Below are positions 6,573 through 12,128 of a DNA stretch of 32,000 nt, one piece after another. The notes under the pieces were generated by a model. It did no database searches and was not told the origin of the DNA. It saw nothing but the letters and a program-made list of their open reading frames with translations. The DNA comes from Bellilinea caldifistulae. Lineage in GTDB: Bacteria > Chloroflexota > Anaerolineae > Anaerolineales > Anaerolineaceae. The position numbers were made by a program, and so were the translations under genes. The DNA is taken from assembly GCF_001306055.1 (NCBI RefSeq), contig NZ_LGHJ01000011.1, positions 60,001-92,000 on the forward strand, in the 5' to 3' direction. Positions within the stretch are counted from its first letter, which is position 1, and each line of letters opens with the position of its first letter.

Positions 6573-7315
6573 CCATTCACCTCCTCGTTCAATCTCGTCA
6601 AGAAGCGTTGAATAGCCTTCCTATACTCAAAATTCGCTCGAATGCGTACTTTCCGCCCCGGAGATAACCCCTGCCAGCCCAGTCCAATCAAGTCCTGGTT
6701 TTCCATCGAAATCTCTCCAATAACCGCCTCTTTCATTTCGAATCGCTCGTAGTCCTCTGCTTCTAAATCATCATTCCTTACTTTGGTCAGCAAGATACTT
6801 ACATTTTTTCGTTCGGCATCTTCACGAACACTTTCATACGCCGCCACGGTATGCCCAAATGTCTTGAACGCTAAAAAATCTTTCGTAGTCGGAATCAGTA
6901 AATGATCACAAATTGCCATGCTCACATAGGTCGTGTGCGTGGGAAATGGGTGAGTGTCTATAATTACCCACTCAAATCCACTCCGGCTTAATAATTCCTT
7001 AAGTTCATCAACTCGCTCTCTGAATAATTCCCCTACTTTGATTATTTTTTCTACACTCGAGTCAATTAGCCACAGTCTAGGGCTAACAGAAGACAAGTGG
7101 TGAGCAAAATCTAATCCCCCTTCAAGCAGCTTCTCATAATCGGCGAGAGGAGAGACATACTCAATTTCAAAAAATCTTTTATGTTGATTCGCCCGTCCAA
7201 AATTCAGCAGTAGTACCCGCCCCTCAAGAGAAAGATTGTAGGCAAACTGGATCGCCGTGATTGTTTTGCCGGTATTCTCCCGCAAGTGAGCAACCGTAAT
7301 CACTTTTCCCATCAT
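6569..7315 (-). CDS. Divergent ParA-like protein with degenerate Walker A
   Basis: GKVITVAHLRENTGKTIT aligns to the ParA P-loop, but KGG is replaced by REN. LLLNFGRAN replaces the DxDPQ A' box. Walker B-like VIIDTHP is kept. ATGA overlap with parA. Confidence 0.65.
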   Translation of the reverse strand: MMGKVITVAHLRENTGKTITAIQFAYNLSLEGRVLLLNFGRANQHKRFFEIEYVSPLADYEKLLEGGLDFAHHLSSVSPRLWLIDSSVEKIIKVGELFRERVDELKELLSRSGFEWVIIDTHPFPTHTTYVSMAICDHLLIPTTKDFLAFKTFGHTVAAYESVREDAERKNVSILLTKVRNDDLEAEDYERFEMKEAVIGEISMENQDLIGLGWQGLSPGRKVRIRANFEYRKAIQRFLTRLNEEVNG

Positions 7316-7581
7316 CCCGCCTCCCCGAACAAACTCAACTGTGGCTGCGCTTTCTTCTCATGTGTCAGCCAGACATCGAACGCGAGTAGATTACCCGCCC
7401 GCTCAATCTCCAACCCGTCCGCTTCTTCCAAGAGTGCCAGCAGCCACGCCGGGGCTTTCTCACTCACCCGCGCATAGCGGGGTCTCACCCCCTTGCGTTT
7501 CTCGTACAACGCAATCGCCGCTGCCAGTTCGTCCCTGTCCTCGATGCGATAGACCCGCCATTCGGTCCTGTCCATGTCCAT
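7312..7581 (-). CDS. Hypothetical protein (start uncertain: 7626 or 7581)
   Basis: ORF 7312..7626. Protein-like sequence starts from MDMDRTEWRVYRIEDRDELAAAIALYEKRKG. Overlaps the 3' tail of the upstream ORF. Confidence 0.45.
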   Translation of the reverse strand: MDMDRTEWRVYRIEDRDELAAAIALYEKRKGVRPRYARVSEKAPAWLLALLEEADGLEIERAGNLLAFDVWLTHEKKAQPQLSLFGEAG

Positions 7582-7792
7582 TACCTCCGTCCAGCCATTC
7601 GATATAACTTGCTCCGCCGTGTCCATGCACGGTCACTAAATCCTCGATTTTCAGGTACACATTCAACCCATACGGCTCGCGCTTCCAGCGCAGTACCGCC
7701 AGCCCGTCCGAAAACTCCACTCCCTCGGCGACCACGCCCGTACCGCTCACTCCACTCGGGTCGCTCTCCCGTACCAGCACAAACCGCCTCAT
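7460..7792 (-). CDS. Hypothetical protein (3' end doubtful)
   Basis: The N-terminal 65 aa look genuine (MRRFVLVRESDPSGVSGTGVVAEGVEFSDGLAVLRWK...). The last ~45 aa are low-complexity and overlap the next ORF in another frame. Confidence 0.4.
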   Translation of the reverse strand: MRRFVLVRESDPSGVSGTGVVAEGVEFSDGLAVLRWKREPYGLNVYLKIEDLVTVHGHGGASYIEWLDGGNGHGQDRMAGLSHRGQGRTGSGDCVVRETQGGETPLCAGE

Positions 7793-8041
7793 TCATTTGC
7801 CCTCTAACAACACCCGTATCTTGCTCTTTCCTGCTTCGGTCAGCCGCCACTCACCTGCAATCATCTCGATCAACCCCCGCCGTTCCAGGCGTTCATACAC
7901 CCCCGGAAAGGTCTGCTTCATGCGGGTGTGCAGCGGCGTGTGCAGCCGCACGTAGTTCAAGCAGCGCGCCTCAACCGGTGTCAGCCCCAAGGCCTTGCAG
8001 CGATACGGATTGAATTTGACCAGTTCGTTGTCCAGTTCCAT
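7793..8041 (-). CDS. Small winged-helix-like DNA-binding protein
   Basis: Trimmed to ATG 8041 (MELDNELVKFNPYRCKALGLTPVEARCLNYV...YERLERRGLIEMIAGEWRLTEAG). An ERRGLI...W wing is typical of MarR/PadR-type wHTH. Confidence 0.5.
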   Translation of the reverse strand: MELDNELVKFNPYRCKALGLTPVEARCLNYVRLHTPLHTRMKQTFPGVYERLERRGLIEMIAGEWRLTEAGKSKIRVLLEGK

Positions 8042-8093
8042 TGTTCTGCCCTGTTCCGTTCTGTTCTGTCCTGTTCGCCGTTCTGTTCGCCGA
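8042..8093 (-). promoter_or_regulatory. Helically phased (C)TGTTC / GAACAG repeats in the leader of the wHTH gene
   Basis: TGTTC at 8042, 8052, 8062, 8072 and 8084. CTGTTCGCCG is duplicated (8071-8080, 8083-8092). The array fills the 62-bp gap between two genes. Confidence 0.4.
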
Positions 8094-8103
8094 ACAATTC
8101 CAC

Positions 8104-9015
8104 TCACTCCACCGGGGCAGGGGAGAGGACTGCCCGGCGTTCTCCCACCGCATAATACAACTCTTGCAGGGTGGCGTACTCCCCTGTTAGATACGTCCCC
8201 TTGCCCGGCTGGGTCTCGATATAGCGCGACAGCAACCGCACCGCCTGACTCCACACTTCGGCGCTCCAGCCCAATTCACGCCAGCCGGGAATTCGATTCG
8301 ACTGCGCTCCAACCGTCTGGATGCTCTCCCGCAGCAAGCGCAGCGCCAGCCGCTTGTGCGGGTCTGCCCGACGCTGGATGAAGCCAACCAGTTCCCCATC
8401 CACTGAATACGGAATAGGCTCGGTCTCGCTCTCATCCCCTTCATCCGGCAGCCTCGCCGGTAAGGCCGGTTGGATGACCTGCACCCGCACCGGCGGGGCG
8501 TTCCCGGCTAGAAGCAGCAACGTTCCCGCCCGGCTCTCCACCAACTGCCTGCGGCGGGACTGCCAGGCAATCCACTCGTTGCCCGCTCTCCACACCAGCA
8601 CGACCACCACTCCGCCCAATGCCAGGAGTGTCAAGAGCAGGATGAGCAATGCCAGCAATTGCAGCCAGCCTTCCTGCCGCTGCGCTTGGGCTTCCCGTTC
8701 GGCCTGCCGCCGGACGGCTTCGGCGGTAGCCGTCATCTGATACGCCTGTTCGGCGATGGCAAGGGCTTGCTTTGTGGCTTCCAGGCTGACCGCCTGCCGA
8801 GTGGCTTCCAGCCTGACCGCTTCGGCGGTCTGCCGCAGGGATGTTTCCTGCGCCGCCTGAGTCGCCCGTGTCTGCTCTTCGACCTGCCCGGCCAGCGCTT
8901 CGGCAGCCTGGGCGGTTGCGCGCAGGGCAGCCGGGTCGGGCGGGGCGTATTGCACCGGAGGTGTACTTACACAGCCGGTCAGCAGCAGCAGGACGATAAT
9001 CACTACTCGCTTCAC
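8104..9015 (-). CDS. Lipoprotein with coiled-coil ectodomain, one internal TM helix and a C-terminal cytoplasmic domain
   Basis: GTG 9015 gives VKRVVIIVLLLLTGC (lipobox LLTGC). It is followed by an A/Q/E-rich heptad-like region, then WLQLLALLILLLTLLALGGVVVVLVW. GTGA overlap with the upstream gene. Confidence 0.55.
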   Translation of the reverse strand: MKRVVIIVLLLLTGCVSTPPVQYAPPDPAALRATAQAAEALAGQVEEQTRATQAAQETSLRQTAEAVRLEATRQAVSLEATKQALAIAEQAYQMTATAEAVRRQAEREAQAQRQEGWLQLLALLILLLTLLALGGVVVVLVWRAGNEWIAWQSRRRQLVESRAGTLLLLAGNAPPVRVQVIQPALPARLPDEGDESETEPIPYSVDGELVGFIQRRADPHKRLALRLLRESIQTVGAQSNRIPGWRELGWSAEVWSQAVRLLSRYIETQPGKGTYLTGEYATLQELYYAVGERRAVLSPAPVE

Positions 9016-9500
9016 CAGACCAGTACTCCAATCAGCAAGAAAACAATCACTAATGCAAGCAGCGGCAGGCAGCCCGCCTCTGTGCGCCGCCATTCACTGC
9101 GGCGGATGCTGCCGTCTGCATTCCTCTCCAGCCTGTCCCAGCGTACCCGCCGGTCTACCGCAGGTTCGCCCTCGTAGTGCAGCACCACATCCACCGCTCC
9201 GGCTTCTTCTTCCAGCCAGCGCAGGCTGCGCCGTAAGTCCGAATCGTGCCGGGCAATCTCCGCCCGGCCCGGCAGGTGCAGGTGGATGACCTCATCGCCG
9301 TATCTGCCCCCCAGCCAGCGGCCCTGCACCTCATCCACCGCCCCCATCACCGTCCGGTAGGTCTCGCCCGGGTCAACATTGCGGGCGTCCACATGCCGCT
9401 CCGGCGGCGGGGTGTATTGTTCCGCTTTCGCCCGCAGCCCCAGCGTGAAGTACAGCACCACTGCCACAAACAAGATCAATCCGAGGATACACCCGTCCAC
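9012..9500 (-). CDS. Membrane protein with N- and C-terminal TM helices
   Basis: GTG start. ILGLILFVAVVLYFTLGL at the N-terminus and LPLLALVIVFLLIGVLVW at the C-terminus. Confidence 0.5.
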   Translation of the reverse strand: MDGCILGLILFVAVVLYFTLGLRAKAEQYTPPPERHVDARNVDPGETYRTVMGAVDEVQGRWLGGRYGDEVIHLHLPGRAEIARHDSDLRRSLRWLEEEAGAVDVVLHYEGEPAVDRRVRWDRLERNADGSIRRSEWRRTEAGCLPLLALVIVFLLIGVLVW

Positions 9501-9772
9501 TGTCTCAACTCCACCGCTCGGCTGCCCTCGGCCCGCACGACCTTACCCCGTTGAATCACCACCCGCTCGCCGGTCTTGACGTTCTCGAACACCGTCCCGC
9601 TCGGCCACGGGCAGGGGATCCGGCGGCTCTCCTCATCCCACCCCGGCAGGACAATGTCCGTCCAGCGGAAGTGTCCGCCGTAGAAGATGCCCGGTTCGTC
9701 CCCGCTGCGAGTAGGGTCTACCACCACTTTCCAGTAATACCCCGGCGGGGTCTGCCACAGCCGCCTGGTCAT
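9476..9772 (-). CDS. Hypothetical protein
   Basis: 98-aa ORF. ATG 9772 is preceded by GGTGAGGTGAGGG. Confidence 0.5.
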   Translation of the reverse strand: MTRRLWQTPPGYYWKVVVDPTRSGDEPGIFYGGHFRWTDIVLPGWDEESRRIPCPWPSGTVFENVKTGERVVIQRGKVVRAEGSRAVELRQWTGVSSD

Positions 9773-9775
9773 CCC

Positions 9776-10051
9776 TCACCTCACCCCCAACCGCTCTCGG
9801 AGTTCCACCCACAGCGAGTCATCGGCAGGCAGCCCTTCCAGCCGAAACAGGATTTCAAACTTGCGCTCTTCCCGCTCACGCACTTCGGCTTCGAAGGCAA
9901 TTAACTCGTCCAGTTCGTCAGCCGTTAGGCCGCCAAACTCCGGGTTGGCACAGTCATGACAGACCCGCAAAGGCTTTCCGTCCGGCTCTTTCAGCCAGAC
10001 CGCTTCGCCTTCGATCACATCCCCACAGTTTTCACAGATGGGTTTGTCCAT
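9776..10051 (-). CDS. Zinc-ribbon protein
   Basis: Trimmed to ATG 10051. MDKPICENCGDVIEG...RVCHDCANPEF gives a CxxC...CxxC pair, followed by an acidic helical tail. Confidence 0.5.
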   Translation of the reverse strand: MDKPICENCGDVIEGEAVWLKEPDGKPLRVCHDCANPEFGGLTADELDELIAFEAEVREREERKFEILFRLEGLPADDSLWVELRERLGVR

Positions 10052-10126
10052 CTCCCACGCTCCGCCCTTTCGACATCCGGTCGAACCAAATTTCAGGTAG
10101 GCTGTTGGTTCAATCAAGTTCAAGAT

Positions 10127-10471
10127 CTAGAACGGCAATTCACCCCTGGTGCTGTCGGTCTCTGCTTCCGCCTTACCGCCGCCCAAAAACTGCACCACCT
10201 GGGCGGTCACTTTCAGGCTGGCTCCTGCTTCGCCGTTCTTGCGGGTGTAGGCTTCCACCGCAGGGACACCCCGCACGAACACCTGCCGCCCCTTTGCCAG
10301 GTACTGGTGGCAGCGTTCGCCTAACTCCCGCCAGGCACTCACGTCCACCCACACGGTCTCGTCCTTGCGGGTCTTGACCGCCACCGGGAAACTGCACACC
10401 AGCACCCCTTCAGGGGTGTAGCGCGCTTCCGGGTCTTTGCCCAGATTGCCGATCAGTTGGATTTCCAGCAT
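10127..10471 (-). CDS. ssb: Single-stranded DNA-binding protein
   Basis: Trimmed to ATG 10471 (AGGAG RBS). MLEIQLIGNLGKDPEARYTPEGVLVCSFPVAV...WVDVSAWRELGE...YLAKGRQVFVRG...VQFLG, with a C-terminal acidic tip ending ELPF. Confidence 0.85.
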   Translation of the reverse strand: MLEIQLIGNLGKDPEARYTPEGVLVCSFPVAVKTRKDETVWVDVSAWRELGERCHQYLAKGRQVFVRGVPAVEAYTRKNGEAGASLKVTAQVVQFLGGGKAEAETDSTRGELPF

Positions 10472-10509
10472 CGTTATCGCTCCTCGTGGGGAAAAATGAA
10501 AATCGGCGT

Positions 10510-10722
10510 TCATACGCCGATGGGGTTGTCGTAGAACATCTGCCAGGTCTCCTCGTTCAGCCATTCTTCGCAGTACAGGCACTCGTAACCGCCCTCGCCT
10601 TTCAGCCAGACATGACGGCAGGTAGGACTCTGCACCCGATAGCCGTAGCCTTCCAGTACCGTCCCGCAGTCCAGGCAGGTCAGACCGTAATTGTCGCCAA
10701 CTTTGTTTCGATGCTCACACAT
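10510..10722 (-). CDS. Small Cys/His-rich zinc-finger protein
   Basis: MCEHRNKVGDNYGLTCLDCGTVLEG...CRHVW...ECLYCEEW. The ORF track extends it to 10917 through two 60-bp tandem repeats; I treat that extension as a probable leader, and this remains uncertain. Confidence 0.5.
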   Translation of the reverse strand: MCEHRNKVGDNYGLTCLDCGTVLEGYGYRVQSPTCRHVWLKGEGGYECLYCEEWLNEETWQMFYDNPIGV

Positions 10723-10743
10723 GGGAAACCTCATCCAGAAATT

Positions 10744-10858
10744 GTCCCTTGCACCACCGGGGGACAAACGCTCGTTTTTCTGGCAAAACGTGGTCAAAAA
10801 CCCGTCCCTTGCACCACCGGGGGACTTCCTCGTTTTTCGGCGGGGGAACGTGGTCAAA
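10744..10858 (-). repeat. Two tandem ~60-bp repeats upstream of the zinc-finger gene
   Basis: 22-bp identical core GTCCCTTGCACCACCGGGGGAC at 10744 and 10804 (it contains GTCCC..GGGAC inverted ends). CTCGTTTTTC at 10771 and 10829. AACGTGGTCAAA at 10787 and 10847, which reads TTTGACCACGTT on the minus strand (TTGACC, -35-like). Confidence 0.6.
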
Positions 10859-11086
10859 CCCCTGTGCGTGGTATCGAATACGCACCCCTCGCTCAACCTG
10901 GATAGTCGGTTGCCCATGCCGGTCTTTCCCGGCTGTCCCCCACCATTGCAGGCGGAGTAGTATTCCCGTCTCTCCGGGCCGTCACCCTGCCTGTTTCCCG
11001 GCGCTCATGTCTCTTGCCTTTCCGCTCATCACGTATAGGGTGCGCCGGGCTGCACCTGCCTCGCTAGCAAGGTCAGGTTCGCCAGT

Positions 11087-11151
11087 CCAGCCGGGTGGGA
11101 TTTGCACCCACCGCAGGATCGGGGAGCATCCTGCCCCTCTTTGGCGGCTGG
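11087..11151 (-). ncRNA. Compact three-way-junction fold (unclassified)
   Basis: On the minus strand, CCAGCCG (11151-11145) pairs with CGGCTGG (11093-11087). This helix encloses GCAGGAT-GCTCCCCG-ATCCTGC (11134-11113) and GGTGGG-TGCAAAT-CCCACC (11112-11094), with no linker nucleotides between helices. Confidence 0.35.
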
Positions 11152-11192
11152 TTTGTTTGGAGGATCACCATGTCGCTTGTCAAGGTGCTGTT

Positions 11193-11237
11193 TCAGGCGG
11201 ACGGGACTCGAACCCATCCTCACGCACCTGCCGCCTG
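11193..11237 (-). ncRNA. tRNA-like minihelix (acceptor stem plus T-arm only)
   Basis: Minus strand reads CAGGCGG-CAGGTGCGTGAGG-ATGGG-TTCGAGT-CCCGT-CCGCCTG-A. This gives a perfect 7-bp acceptor-like stem, a 5-bp T stem, a canonical TTCGAGT T-loop, and a 13-nt linker in place of the D and anticodon arms. Confidence 0.5.
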
Positions 11238-11268
11238 AATGGAGGGAAAGAAGTGAGCCAACACCGCT

Positions 11269-11301
11269 AAACAAAAACCCTGCCGGGGTCATCGCAGGGT
11301 T
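11269..11301 (-). terminator. Intrinsic terminator of the candidate sRNA
   Basis: Minus strand reads AACCCTGC-GATGACCCCG-GCAGGGTT followed by TTTGTTT. Confidence 0.6.
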
Positions 11302-11481
11302 CTGTTCTCTCGTGGTATACTTCCTCACGAGGCGAGCAGCGCACTCTGCTTGCCTCAACCGTGAGCGTGCCACCCACACGGCTCACGGAACGCCCCGGTC
11401 GGGCGCACAACGCCCGGCGGGGCGTTGTGTTTGCGGGTGCGTCTCGGTTGAGGCAGTTCGTTCTTGGTTTGAAAAGGTGCT
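11269..11481 (-). ncRNA. Candidate ~210-nt structured sRNA (unclassified)
   Basis: Bounded by a strong promoter (11517-11488) and an intrinsic terminator (11301-11269). Internal helices (plus-strand coordinates): 11351-11361/11445-11455; 11407-11415/11420-11428; 11359-11366/11381-11388; 11335-11339/11346-11350; 11309-11314/11326-11331. No RBS-preceded ORF. Confidence 0.5.
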
Positions 11482-11487
11482 AGGGAT

Positions 11488-11517
11488 AGTTTAGCACGTA
11501 CCTACCCATCTTGTCAA
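11488..11517 (-). promoter_or_regulatory. Sigma-70-type promoter of the candidate sRNA
   Basis: TTGACA (11517-11512), 18 nt, TAAACT (11493-11488), with TGC immediately upstream (extended -10 TGn) and an A/T-rich block at 11521-11564. Confidence 0.55.
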
Positions 11518-11564
11518 TACTTGGGTAAGTTTTTCAAAAATAAAAAATGATTAGTTAAGTGTTT

Positions 11565-12041
11565 TCAGTAAATCGAATATTTGCCTTTGGGTTGGTACGG
11601 CAGACCCTGCTTATCAAATAACCACTTTCCTCGCCCACCTTTAGCACGATACACCTCTACGCAATAAGCAAGGTCGGCTTCATCCAAAAATATCTTTTCG
11701 CCCCCCAATCCTCTCTCTCTCTTAACTTCCGCAATAAGTCCCTTTTTGTACCACCTTTGTAGTGTTGAAAGATTGATTTTGTATTTATCAACTGCTTCTG
11801 TGAATCCGATACTGCATCCCTTCAAATGCGCGTGTTTCTGGTACTCCGGCAAATCCTCTTTGCGGAGACCCTTTTCCTGAATGGCTTCAACTCGCACTTC
11901 ATCTTCACTCACGACCATTTCTCCAGCCACAACTCCCGCCCTGATTTTACCCTTCTCAATCCATTGGCGCAAGCGGGCTTCCTCCAGCCCGTACTTGCGG
12001 GCGGCTTCGGCTACCGGGAGAAATGTGGGGAGTGTAACCAT
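11565..12041 (-). CDS. Protein with two MerR/excisionase-type HTH modules
   Basis: Trimmed to ATG 12041 (GGAAGG RBS). LPVAEAARKYGLEEARLRQWIEKGKIRAG and GFTEAVDKYKINLSTLQRWYKKGLI are two copies of the short HTH seen in Xis/MerR-like proteins. Confidence 0.55.
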   Translation of the reverse strand: MVTLPTFLPVAEAARKYGLEEARLRQWIEKGKIRAGVVAGEMVVSEDEVRVEAIQEKGLRKEDLPEYQKHAHLKGCSIGFTEAVDKYKINLSTLQRWYKKGLIAEVKRERGLGGEKIFLDEADLAYCVEVYRAKGGRGKWLFDKQGLPYQPKGKYSIY

Positions 12042-12058
12042 ACCTGACCTTCCTGCTG

Positions 12059-12094
12059 AACACACAAAACGCACCCAGGGATCCATCGGGTGCG
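12059..12094 (-). terminator. Intrinsic terminator downstream of tRNA-Lys
   Basis: Minus strand reads CGCACCC-GATGGATCCCT-GGGTGCG (12094-12070) followed by TTTTGTGTGTT. Confidence 0.55.
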
Positions 12095-12104
12095 TTGCAG
12101 AGTA

Positions 12105-12128
12105 CAGGGATGGAATCCCTGTTTTTTT
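12105..12128 (+). terminator. Hairpin with a T7 run (plus-strand or bidirectional terminator)
   Basis: CAGGGAT-GGA-ATCCCTG (12105-12121) followed by TTTTTTT (12122-12128). On the minus strand it is preceded by A7. Confidence 0.45.

Noticed and set aside
10925-11112. Cobalamin riboswitch: GGTGCAAATCC resembles the GGTGxAAATCC core and AGCCGGGAAAGACCGGC resembles a B12 box
   Set aside because: The intervening conserved elements (AGGGAA, CCCGCxACTGT, GCCACTG) are missing. The spacing is too long. The downstream genes are a zinc-finger protein and ssb, not B12-related genes.
11150-11183. Second promoter (TTGACA at 11183-11178) driving the 10918-11150 structured region
   Set aside because: At 17-18-nt spacing the -10 reads CCAAAC/CAAACA and lacks the invariant T residues. 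It is kept only as a remark, not as a feature.
11029-11379. 116-aa minus-strand ORF, plus the plus-strand ORFs 10749-11270 and 11102-11494
   Set aside because: They run straight through the terminator, the tRNA-like minihelix and multiple stable hairpins. They have no RBS and are low-complexity with many Arg/Gly/Pro residues, which is typical of open frames in GC-rich non-coding sequence.
11193-11500. tmRNA (ssrA) or a complete tRNA gene ending at the T-arm/acceptor at 11193-11217
   Set aside because: The acceptor 5' strand lies only 13 nt before the T stem. There is no D or anticodon arm, no G3:U70 pair, no tag-peptide ORF or pseudoknots, and the gene order is wrong for a permuted tmRNA.
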